A stretch of 44,826 nt of DNA from Chthoniobacteraceae bacterium (GTDB lineage: Bacteria > Verrucomicrobiota > Verrucomicrobiia > Chthoniobacterales > Chthoniobacteraceae). The stretch is taken from positions 1 through 44,826 of the forward strand of contig JANNWY010000310.1 in the NCBI GenBank assembly GCA_031409335.1, read 5' to 3'. Made by a program: the position numbers and the translations under genes. A model generated the notes under the pieces. The model was given only the letters and a program-made list of their open reading frames with translations. It made no database searches and had not been told where the DNA came from. Each line of letters starts with the position of its first letter. The stretch's first letter is position 1. Below are positions 19,859 to 28,181 of this stretch, piece by piece.

Positions 19859-20506
19859 TCACCACGCGATCTCATCGTTTCCATTCATCCGCTGCCAGTT
19901 ATTCCACGCCAGCATTCCGAAGAACATTCCATTGAAAGTCATCCGCTGGGATATCAGGATGACGCAGGCCGCGATCGCGCAGCACAGGCTGATCCAGAGC
20001 GCAGTCCGCTCCAGTCGCGGCCCGCACATTGCGTGAAAAATCCGGCCGCCGTCCAATGGCAGCACCGGTAGCAGGTTCACCAGCGCCCAGATCAGATTGA
20101 TCCACATCACCATCCAGATCGCGTCCCATGCGAATGGCCTTTTCTGGGTGAACTCCCAGAATATTCCCTGCTGATCCATCCACCATAACGGCGCGCCGAT
20201 GAGTAACTGGAACAACGGTCCGGCCAAGCTCACCACCACGTCCTGACCGCGCGTCAACTCATGCCGACTTAGCGGCGCCGCGTAACCGCCCATGGCATAA
20301 AGGACGATCTCCGACTCGATCCCAAACCTTCGAAAGGCAAAGGCATGTCCCAGTTCGTGCCATAGGATGGAAAGAAATAGGATACTTATCCACAGTGCCA
20401 GCCGCAACGGATCGCCGGACATGGAACCCCAACCCAGCACAAGGCTCACGATCCAAAATGATGGCTGCAACGTGACGCTAAAACGGAAAAGGGAGAACGA
20501 GAGCAT
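19859..20506 (-). CDS. site-2 protease (peptidase M50)
   Basis: LWHELGH, SLAGP, NLLPVLPLDGG; several TM segments. Confidence 0.9.
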   Translation of the reverse strand: MLSFSLFRFSVTLQPSFWIVSLVLGWGSMSGDPLRLALWISILFLSILWHELGHAFAFRRFGIESEIVLYAMGGYAAPLSRHELTRGQDVVVSLAGPLFQLLIGAPLWWMDQQGIFWEFTQKRPFAWDAIWMVMWINLIWALVNLLPVLPLDGGRIFHAMCGPRLERTALWISLCCAIAACVILISQRMTFNGMFFGMLAWNNWQRMNGNDEIAW

Positions 20507-20727
20507 GGATGGACCAACGGTGGGAAAGTGGACGGCAACAGTCGGCGAATGTCGCGCAGCTTTGAAACAATTCTGCGGGAGAAACGCAGGCCCTTTACAG
20601 CAATGGAGCCAAGGAAAAAGGTCGGGACACACAGACTGCCCAGTGGCGGGTCCCGACTGGTGGATGCGCGATTTTACACTGCGGCTGTGGCTTGACCGCT
20701 GCCATGCGCCGGTGCTGAATGCGGTCC

Positions 20728-21411
20728 ATGAAATACCCGCTCATCCTCACCATCGCCGCACTCGCCGTCGCCTCCGCTTATGCCGCGGATACAACCCGCA
20801 TCGAACTCACCGATGCGGAAATTACCGAAGGCTGGACGCCGCTGTTCGACGGGCGCAGCGCGGGTGCGTGGTGGCGCGGATATAAAAAGGAAACGCTTCC
20901 CGAGGGTTGGAAAGTCGAGGACGGCGCGCTCGTGCGGCATGGCGGAGGCGACATTGTCACCAAGGAGAAGTTCGAGAACTTCGAGTTTTCGATCGAATGG
21001 AAAATCAGCGAAGGCGGCAATAGCGGCATCATGTTCCGCGTACAGGAAACCGATGGACCGCCTTATGCCACCGGCCCCGAGGCGCAGATTCAGGACAACG
21101 TGAAAGGCAAGGACCCGCAGAAAGCCGGCTGGCTTTACCAATTTTACCAGACCGAAAAAGACACGACGAAACCCGTCGGCCAGTGGAATGTCTTCAAGCT
21201 CGTGGTCAACCGCAACAAGTGCGAGCACTGGATGAATGGCGTGAAGTATTTCGACTACGAGATCGGGTCTGCGGAGTGGAATGAGAAGCTGGCGAAATCG
21301 AAATTTGCGAAGATGCCGGGCTTCGCGACGACGGCAAAGGGACACATCTGCCTGCAGGATCACGGCAACGTGGTGGCCTTTCGGAATATCAAGATCCGCG
21401 TGCTGGACTGA
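20728..21411 (+). CDS. DUF1080 (3-keto-disaccharide hydrolase family) secreted protein
   Basis: signal peptide; GWTPLFDG, GGNSGIMF, GQWN, GHICLQDHG..FRNIKIR. Confidence 0.9.
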   Translation: MKYPLILTIAALAVASAYAADTTRIELTDAEITEGWTPLFDGRSAGAWWRGYKKETLPEGWKVEDGALVRHGGGDIVTKEKFENFEFSIEWKISEGGNSGIMFRVQETDGPPYATGPEAQIQDNVKGKDPQKAGWLYQFYQTEKDTTKPVGQWNVFKLVVNRNKCEHWMNGVKYFDYEIGSAEWNEKLAKSKFAKMPGFATTAKGHICLQDHGNVVAFRNIKIRVLD

Positions 21412-21486
21412 GCCGTTTGATCCGGCGAGCGAGCGAGCCCGGCAGCCCGCATTGCCAAGCTCCATCCAGCCCGCTAGATGGAGCGC

Positions 21487-22110
21487 ATGAAAGAAGAACA
21501 GATCCTCGTCGTCCGCCGCGCGCTCTTCGATCAACTCGGGGCGTTTCAAGGGCTGAACTTTGATGTGGAGCGATACCTTCCCGCGTTTCTCGCGCGCGAG
21601 AATAACTTCTTCACGCCGCGCGGGCCGGCGGAGACGAATCCTGATTTGAAGCAGATCATTCCCTATGTCGTGCTCGTCCACGGCGGGCGTGTGCTGCATT
21701 ACGTCCGCGGGAAAAAAGCGGGCGAGCAGCGGCTCGTGTCGAAAGGCTCGATCGGCATCGGCGGGCACATGAACGATCACGACGAAGGGCTCTTCACCTT
21801 CGACCGCGCCGCGTATGACGCCGCGGTGCAGCGCGAAGTTTCCGAAGAGCTGAAGCTCGGCGCGACATACACCAATCGCATCGCCGCGATCCTCAACGAT
21901 GACTCGACCGAAGTGGGCCGCGTGCATCTCGGCGTGGTCCACGTTCTCCAGCTCGAAAGCGACGACGTGCAAAAGGGCGAAGCGATGATCACGGAACTGC
22001 AATTTCTCGATCGCGCGCAGCTTCTCGCGCGGCGCGATTCATTGGAAACGTGGTCACAATTCTGCCTCGACCATCTCGACCAACTCCTCGTCCCGCCATC
22101 CTGCTCCTAA
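21487..22110 (+). CDS. NUDIX-like phosphoesterase
   Basis: KQIIPY, EQRL..SIGIGGHMN, REVSEEL, VGRVHLG, LETWS; alternative ATG at 21478. Confidence 0.8.
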   Translation: MKEEQILVVRRALFDQLGAFQGLNFDVERYLPAFLARENNFFTPRGPAETNPDLKQIIPYVVLVHGGRVLHYVRGKKAGEQRLVSKGSIGIGGHMNDHDEGLFTFDRAAYDAAVQREVSEELKLGATYTNRIAAILNDDSTEVGRVHLGVVHVLQLESDDVQKGEAMITELQFLDRAQLLARRDSLETWSQFCLDHLDQLLVPPSCS

Positions 22111-22190
22111 TTCCTGATCTTGATCCCTGATCTTGCTCTTGATCCTTCCGCCGGAGATCAAGATCAGGAGCAGGAGCAAAAGCAAGAGTA
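22099..22190. repeat. inverted element built from hexamer-like units (tcttga/tcctga vs tcaaga/gcagga)
   Basis: tcctgatcttgatc (22112-22125) pairs with gatcaagatcagga (22156-22169); degenerate 6-mer repeats on both sides. Confidence 0.7.
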
Positions 22191-22205
22191 ACTGCCCTAA
22201 ATCTC

Positions 22206-23306
22206 ATGGACCCCGTATTCCAAAACATCCTCCGCAGCGCCAGCGACGCCGGTGCTTCCGACATTCATCTGAAGGCGGGCGCGCCGATCGTTTTCCGCAT
22301 CGAACGAAAGCTCCGTCCGGTCGAAAGCGAAGCCCCGAGCAACGCCTGGCTGCTAGCCGTCGTGAATGAAATCGCGCCCGCGCCGCTGCGCGAAGTTTTC
22401 GCGTCGGGCCAGGAGATCGACTTTGCGTTTGCCGTGGAGGGCCTCGGCCGCTTCCGCACAAACGCCTTTCGCCAGTGCGGCGAAGTCGCCATCGCGCTGC
22501 GCCTGGTGAAGGGCGACATCCGCAATTTTGCGCAACTCAATCTTCCCGACACCATCCGTCGCGTCGCGGAAGCGCCGCGCGGAATCGTGATCGTCGCAGG
22601 CGCCATCGGCAGCGGAAAATCGACGACGCTCGCGGCGATGATCGACCATATCAATCGCACGGCGCGCAAGCACATCATCACACTCGAAGACCCGATCGAG
22701 TATCTCTTCGACGACGGCCAGTCGCTCATCGAGCAGCGCGAGATCGGGCTCGATACGGCGAGCTTTGCGCAAGGGCTGCGCCACGTGCTGCGGCAGGACC
22801 CGGATGTGATCGTGATCGGCGAAATGCGTGATGCCCAAAGCGCTATGGCGGCGATGAGCGCGGCGAACATCGGCCACCTTGTCATCACCACGCTGCACAC
22901 CGCGAACGCCATGCAGAGCGTCCAGCGCGTCATCGAGTTTTTCCCAAACGAACAGCGCGATTACGCCCGCCAGCTTTTCGCCTCCACCCTGCGCGCCGTG
23001 GTCTGCCAGCGTCTCGTCAGTTCGACCGTCTCCGGGGTGATTCCCGCGATGGAGATTCTCATCAACAACGTCGGCGTCACAAAGGCGATCGAATCCAGCC
23101 AGACCGACATGCTGCCCGGACTCATGGAACTCGGCAGCAACGAAGGCATGCAATCGTTCGACCAATCGCTCCGCGCGCTCGTGTCCGCGAATCGGATCAC
23201 GCGCGATGAAGCGATGGCGCACGCGGCAAATCCCGAGACGCTGCGCATGTCGTTCCAGGGCGTCAATCTGAACGAAACCAATCGCATCCTCGGCTCCCGG
23301 CGCTGA
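22206..23306 (+). CDS. pilT: PilT/PilU family type IV pilus ATPase
   Basis: ASDIHL, GRFRTNAF, GAIGSGKSTT, TLEDPIE, LRQDPDVIVIGEMRD, GHLVITTLH, GMQSFDQ. Confidence 0.85.
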   Translation: MDPVFQNILRSASDAGASDIHLKAGAPIVFRIERKLRPVESEAPSNAWLLAVVNEIAPAPLREVFASGQEIDFAFAVEGLGRFRTNAFRQCGEVAIALRLVKGDIRNFAQLNLPDTIRRVAEAPRGIVIVAGAIGSGKSTTLAAMIDHINRTARKHIITLEDPIEYLFDDGQSLIEQREIGLDTASFAQGLRHVLRQDPDVIVIGEMRDAQSAMAAMSAANIGHLVITTLHTANAMQSVQRVIEFFPNEQRDYARQLFASTLRAVVCQRLVSSTVSGVIPAMEILINNVGVTKAIESSQTDMLPGLMELGSNEGMQSFDQSLRALVSANRITRDEAMAHAANPETLRMSFQGVNLNETNRILGSRR

Positions 23307-23387
23307 GAGATTTTCGGAGCACGGCAAAAAATCCCGCGCTTCATTTCGCGGTTTGTCATTTCATCCGCGAAGCGATAAATATCGAAA

Positions 23388-24158
23388 ATGCTTCGCGCCG
23401 TTTTACCGATTTGCTGTTTCGCCATCGTCGCCGCCCCGCTGCGCGCGGGATTGGTTTGGGAAAAATCCGCGCAGAGTTTCCATCGGACGCCAGGCGACGG
23501 ACATCTCGAAACGAAATTTGTCTTCCGCAACAACGGCAAAGCACCCGTCACGATCCGCAAAGTTCGCACGTCGTGCGGCTGCACTTCGGCGAAGCTGGTA
23601 AAGAACACGTTCGATCCCGGCGAGCGGGGCGAGATCACGGTGCGGTTCACTTTTGGCGATCGCAAAGGTCCGCATCGGAAAATCATCGCGGTGGACACCG
23701 ACGAAAAAACCGACGCGGCGCAGTTGAGCCTGCAAGTCTGGATTCACGAGCCGCTCACGATCGCGCCCGCGCTGGTCTTTTGGAAAACCGGCGATGCCAT
23801 CGCTGCGAAAACCGTGCAGCTCAACGCGGAGTCCGGCACGCCGGTGCGCGTGAAAGGGGTCGCCTCGTCGAACCCGCGCCTCGCCGCGAAGCTCGAAACC
23901 ATCAAGCCCGGCGGTCAATACGTCGTCTCGATCACGCCGTCGGACACTTCAAAAAAGGAATCCGCCGAGATCACCGTCGAAACCGATTTTCCCGCCGACC
24001 AGCCGCGCAGCTACACCATCCACGCGCGCATCAAGAGATCGCCCCGGCGCTGCGCCAGTTCGCCATCCTGCTCGCGCTCGCGCTCCTGCCCGCGCTCGTC
24101 TCCGGCGCGATCCAGCTCACCTGGCAAAAGCCCGCGCCGCTCGCCGAAAACGAAGTGA
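23388..24158 (+). CDS. DUF1573 domain secreted protein (probable true end ~24038; read-through in this sequence)
   Basis: signal peptide; FVFRNNG..VRTSCGCT; protein-like up to IHARIK, then a Ser/Arg/Pro-rich nonsense tail overlapping the next gene. Confidence 0.8.
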   Translation: MLRAVLPICCFAIVAAPLRAGLVWEKSAQSFHRTPGDGHLETKFVFRNNGKAPVTIRKVRTSCGCTSAKLVKNTFDPGERGEITVRFTFGDRKGPHRKIIAVDTDEKTDAAQLSLQVWIHEPLTIAPALVFWKTGDAIAAKTVQLNAESGTPVRVKGVASSNPRLAAKLETIKPGGQYVVSITPSDTSKKESAEITVETDFPADQPRSYTIHARIKRSPRRCASSPSCSRSRSCPRSSPARSSSPGKSPRRSPKTK

Positions 24159-24457
24159 CGCTCGCCACCGCGCAGTCGTGGGGTAGCCAGGTCTTGTGGG
24201 TCGATGCCAGGCCGCGTGCGAAGTTCGAGCGCGAGCACATCCCCGGCGCGGTGCTTTTGAATGAAGACGAATGGGTGCGCCTCGTTGGCCCGTTTCTCGA
24301 CGAGTGGGAGCCGGGAAAAAACATCGTCGTGTATTGCGACGGCGGGAGCTGCGATGCCAGCCAGGCGGTCGTGAAACGCATCAAGGAAGAACTCCAGGTC
24401 GATGGCCCGGTCTGGGTGCTTCAGGAAGGATGGGACGCATGGCTCCAGCGAAAATAA
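24035..24457 (+). CDS. rhodanese-like domain protein with N-terminal membrane anchor (start codon apparently altered)
   Basis: hydrophobic N-terminus; WVDARP..HIPGAV; VVYCDGGSCDAS; VLQEGWDAW. Confidence 0.8.
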   Translation, partial: EIAPALRQFAILLALALLPALVSGAIQLTWQKPAPLAENEVTLATAQSWGSQVLWVDARPRAKFEREHIPGAVLLNEDEWVRLVGPFLDEWEPGKNIVVYCDGGSCDASQAVVKRIKEELQVDGPVWVLQEGWDAWLQRK

Positions 24458-24882
24458 TCCTGCTCATCCTCCGCCTCGCGCTCGGCGGCGTCTTCATCTA
24501 CGCCGGCGCGCTGAAGATCGTGGACGCGCCGGAGTTCGCCCGCGCCATCCACAATTACCAACTTACCCCGCAAGTCATCTCCACCCTCGTCGCCGTCTAT
24601 CTCCCGTGGCTCGAAGTCCTCGCCGGCCTCGCGCTCATCGCGCGCCGCCTCCCGCTCGGCGCAACCCTCGCGCTCACCACGATGAGCGCCGTTTTCCTCA
24701 TCGCCCTCACCAGCGCCTGGCTGCGCGGACTCGATATTTCATGCGGCTGTTTCAGCAAGGAAGAGCACAAAATCCAGACGCACTTCCCGCAACTCTTCCT
24801 CCGCGATGCCGCGCTCCTCGCCGCCGCCGTGACCCTCTTCCTCGCGGAATTCCGGCGCCCGGCGCCAAGTCGGCAGCCATAG
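24439..24882 (+). CDS. MauE/DoxX family redox-associated membrane protein
   Basis: LRLALGGVFIYAG, LPWLE, RGLDISCGCF, RD. Confidence 0.87.
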   Translation: MAPAKIILLILRLALGGVFIYAGALKIVDAPEFARAIHNYQLTPQVISTLVAVYLPWLEVLAGLALIARRLPLGATLALTTMSAVFLIALTSAWLRGLDISCGCFSKEEHKIQTHFPQLFLRDAALLAAAVTLFLAEFRRPAPSRQP

Positions 24883-24920
24883 GCCGTCGCTGGACCTCAA
24901 CGCATCCCGTCCGCCAAACT

Positions 24921-26447
24921 TCAGCGAACTGCCGCGTGAACTGGCGCGGAGGCGAGGCGGAGCGTGGAAAGGATGGGACCGGGAAAAATTCCGACGACGA
25001 AAATGAGTAACGTGAGGCCGCCGATCGCGATGCGGGTGAGCGGACGCATGGTGATCGGGGTATCGTCATTTGGCTCCTGCCAATACATCGCGGCAACGAC
25101 TCGCAGATAGAAATAGAAACCGGCGGCGACGGTGACAACGCCGACTCCGATGAGGACGAATTGCTGCTCTTTGACGGCGGCGGCGAACACGAGAAATTTA
25201 CCGATGAATCCGGCGGTGAACGGAATGCCTGCGAGCGAGAGCATGGCGGTGAGCATTCCGAAGGCGAGGAACGGGCTGCGTTTGCCGAGGCCGTTGAAGT
25301 GCAGGATGTCGTCGCCGCGCGAGTGGTTGGCGACGACGATCATGACGAGGAAGCTGAGGAGCGTCATGAGCAGATAACCGGCGAGGTAAAAGGCGATGGC
25401 GGTGCCGGCGCTGCCGAAGGTGGAGGTGGCGGCGTTCACGCTGGCGACGGCGACGAGCAGGTAACCCGCGTGGCCGATGCTGGAGTAGGCGAGCATGCGC
25501 TTGAGGTTGTCCTGCGGCATGGCGGCGAGGTTTCCGTAGAGCAGCGTGGCGACGGCGAGGATGGCGAGGATGGCGAGGACTTTTTCACGCACGGTCGGGA
25601 CGGCGAGGAAGGGATCGAGGACGCGGATGAGGACGAGGAACCCGGCGGCTTTTGATCCGACGGAAAGGAACGCGGTGATCGGAGTGGGCGCCCCTTGATA
25701 CACATCGGGCACCCAAAGCTGGAACGGGGCGGCGGCGATTTTGAAGCCGAGCGCGATGAGCACGAGCATGATGCCGAACAGGAGCGCGCTTTCGGAGCCG
25801 TGCAGGCGTCCGCCTTCCGCGAAAAGTCCGGGTAGGACTGCGGTGATTTTCGCGAGGTTCGTCTCGCCGGTGATGCCGAATATCCAGGTGATGCCGTAAA
25901 CGAGGAAGCCAGTGCTAAGCGCGCCAAGGATGAGGTATTTCACGCCCGCTTCGAGCGAGGCGCTGCTGCGGCGCATGTAGGCGACGAGGATGTAGAAGCT
26001 GATGGTGACGAGTTCCAGCGCGACGAAGATGAGGAGGAAATCGACCGCGCTGGCCATGAACATGAGTCCGGCGCAGGTGAGCACGGGCAGGCAGAAAAAT
26101 TCGCCAATGCCAGAGTCGCCCGCGGAGCCGGGGATGTATTTCGCGAGCACTGGGCGGTATTCGATGCCCATGATGAGGACGATGATCGTCGTGAGCAGCG
26201 CGATGCGTTTGAAGAACATCGCGATGGCATCGGCGGAGTAGAAATTCCAAAAGCCGGGGCCGAGTTCGCCGGGAGGATTTCCGGTGGTGAAGAAGGTCCA
26301 CGCGAAGACGATGGCGAGGACGAAAATGCCGGTGCGTGCGAGCCAGGATTTGTCGCCATCTTTGGCAAACGACTCGGCGAGCAGCAGGAAAATACCGAGG
26401 ACGAGGACGATGATTTCGAGCGCGATCGGTGGAAGGATGCCGTTCAT
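24921..26447 (-). CDS. nuoN: NADH-quinone oxidoreductase subunit N
   Basis: EAGVKYLILGA, FKIAAAPFQLWVPDVYQGAP, KRMLAYSSIGH. Confidence 0.96.
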   Translation of the reverse strand: MNGILPPIALEIIVLVLGIFLLLAESFAKDGDKSWLARTGIFVLAIVFAWTFFTTGNPPGELGPGFWNFYSADAIAMFFKRIALLTTIIVLIMGIEYRPVLAKYIPGSAGDSGIGEFFCLPVLTCAGLMFMASAVDFLLIFVALELVTISFYILVAYMRRSSASLEAGVKYLILGALSTGFLVYGITWIFGITGETNLAKITAVLPGLFAEGGRLHGSESALLFGIMLVLIALGFKIAAAPFQLWVPDVYQGAPTPITAFLSVGSKAAGFLVLIRVLDPFLAVPTVREKVLAILAILAVATLLYGNLAAMPQDNLKRMLAYSSIGHAGYLLVAVASVNAATSTFGSAGTAIAFYLAGYLLMTLLSFLVMIVVANHSRGDDILHFNGLGKRSPFLAFGMLTAMLSLAGIPFTAGFIGKFLVFAAAVKEQQFVLIGVGVVTVAAGFYFYLRVVAAMYWQEPNDDTPITMRPLTRIAIGGLTLLIFVVGIFPGPILSTLRLASAPVHAAVR

Positions 26448-26450
26448 ACC

Positions 26451-27917
26451 TTATTTGGGGAGCAGTGCCTCGATGCTCGGCGTGATGAACGCGAGGAAGG
26501 TTTGCGGGAAGAAACCGGCGAGGAGCAGGGTCGCGAGGAGGAGCAGGATCGGGAGGCGGATGGCGAAGACGGGGTCAGCGGTGAGGGCGCGGTCTTTGTC
26601 CGGCTCGCCGAAGAAAATGGCGCGATAGGCGCGCAGCATATAGACGGCGGAGATCACGACGCCCCACAGTGCGAAGGTGGTGGCGAGTTTGAAATGGTCG
26701 GCGGAACCGGCGACGGCAGCGGGTTTGTAAGCACCGAAAAAGACCATGAGTTCGCTGGCGAAATTGGCGAAGCCGGGGAGGCCGATGGAGGCGAAAGCGG
26801 CGAGGCCGAAGGCGACGCTGAGGAAGGGGAGCGATTTGGCGAGGCCGCCGAGTTGGTCGAAGGCGAGGCTTTCGGAGCGTTCGCGAAGTTGTCCGGTGAG
26901 GGCGAAGAGCGCGGCGATGGACAGGCCGTGCGCGAACATGAGCAGCGCGGCTCCGCTGAGACCGACAACGTTCAGCGCAGCGATGCCGAGGAAGATGTAG
27001 CCCATGTGCATGACGCTCGAATAGCCGAGCATCAGGTCGAGTTTCTTCTGCGCGATGGTGACGAGGCCGATGTAGATGATGTTCCCGACGAGCAGCGTGA
27101 GGAGCAGCCAGGCCCAGTGCTGCGCGCCTGCCGGGAGGAGCGGGACGGCGATGCGGATGAGCCCGTATAGGCCGAATTTTTTCAACACGCCGGCGTGGAG
27201 CATCGAGACCGGCGTGGGTGCGGAGGCGTAGGCGGGCGGCGCCCAGGAGTGGAATGGAAAGAGTGAGATGAGGATGCCGAAGCCGATGAGCAACAGGAAG
27301 TAGGGTCGCGTCTGGGCATCCGCCGGGATGAGGTCTTTGGCGGCGGCGAGCTTTACCATGTCGAAGGTGCGGGAACCTTCCGGGATAGCTAGGTATAAGT
27401 CGGCGAGACCTATGAGTAGGATGAAGCTACCCAAGGCTAGATAGATGGTGATTTTCCACGCGACGCTGTGCCGCTCTCCGGTGCCATACATTCCGATGAG
27501 CAGGAACGTGGGGATGAGCGCGACTTCGTGAAAGGCGTAGAAGAAGAACAAATCCTGCGAGGCGAACGCACCCGCTGCGCCGGCGGCGATGAGCAGGACG
27601 CAGCCGTAGAAAAGACCTTCGCGTTTCTCGATCTTCGGCGTGACCCAGACGGCGGCGAGCGTGACGAGTGCGGTGAGGAAAAGCATGACGACGCTGAGGC
27701 CGTCGGCGGCGACGAAATATTTCAGATCCCACTCGGGGACGATCGGCGTGGAATATGCGAACTGGAATCCGCCGTGCGCGCGGTCGTAACCGAGCAGGAT
27801 GAACAGCGAGATGACGAAATTGGTCGCGGCGGCGGTGAGCGCGCTCTTGCGGGCCGGCGCGCCGAGCATGATGGCGACGGCGTTGAGGAGTGGGATGAAG
27901 ATGAGCAGGCTGAGCAT
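26451..27917 (-). CDS. nuoM: NADH-quinone oxidoreductase subunit M
   Basis: DGLS, FPFHSWAP, LKKFGLYG, YSSVMHMG, GLPGFANF.SE; start at MLSLLIFIP. Confidence 0.95.
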   Translation of the reverse strand: MLSLLIFIPLLNAVAIMLGAPARKSALTAAATNFVISLFILLGYDRAHGGFQFAYSTPIVPEWDLKYFVAADGLSVVMLFLTALVTLAAVWVTPKIEKREGLFYGCVLLIAAGAAGAFASQDLFFFYAFHEVALIPTFLLIGMYGTGERHSVAWKITIYLALGSFILLIGLADLYLAIPEGSRTFDMVKLAAAKDLIPADAQTRPYFLLLIGFGILISLFPFHSWAPPAYASAPTPVSMLHAGVLKKFGLYGLIRIAVPLLPAGAQHWAWLLLTLLVGNIIYIGLVTIAQKKLDLMLGYSSVMHMGYIFLGIAALNVVGLSGAALLMFAHGLSIAALFALTGQLRERSESLAFDQLGGLAKSLPFLSVAFGLAAFASIGLPGFANFASELMVFFGAYKPAAVAGSADHFKLATTFALWGVVISAVYMLRAYRAIFFGEPDKDRALTADPVFAIRLPILLLLATLLLAGFFPQTFLAFITPSIEALLPK

Positions 27918-27960
27918 CGCGTCAGGGCGTGTTATCCGTTGTTGGCGGGGGGTCTCCGAG

Positions 27961-28134
27961 AGCACCAAAGGTGCATAAACATTCCAGCCCAGGGCAACGC
28001 CCTGGGTTTGCGGCAGAAATGGAAAAGCCCTGAAAGGGCGACACAAGATGTCTCGCCCTTTCAGGGCTAGGTCCATTTTCAATGGCTACCCAGGGCGTTG
28101 CCCTGGGCTGGTATGTTTGCGGGCCTTTGGCCCT
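27961..28134. repeat. nested palindromic REP/MITE-like element between nuoL and nuoM
   Basis: ccagcccagggcaacgccctgggt / acccagggcgttgccctgggctgg and agccctgaaagggcga / tcgccctttcagggct arms. Confidence 0.88.
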
Positions 28135-28181
28135 CAACTGCGGCGGTTGCCGATGCGGTGATTGCTGAAAGCGCATACCCA

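Noticed and set aside
27918..28082. N-terminal extensions of NuoM (and of NuoJ at 31022-31138)
   Set aside because: Translations of intergenic repeats (ALKGR..PFRA; DCGLRIA), not protein sequence
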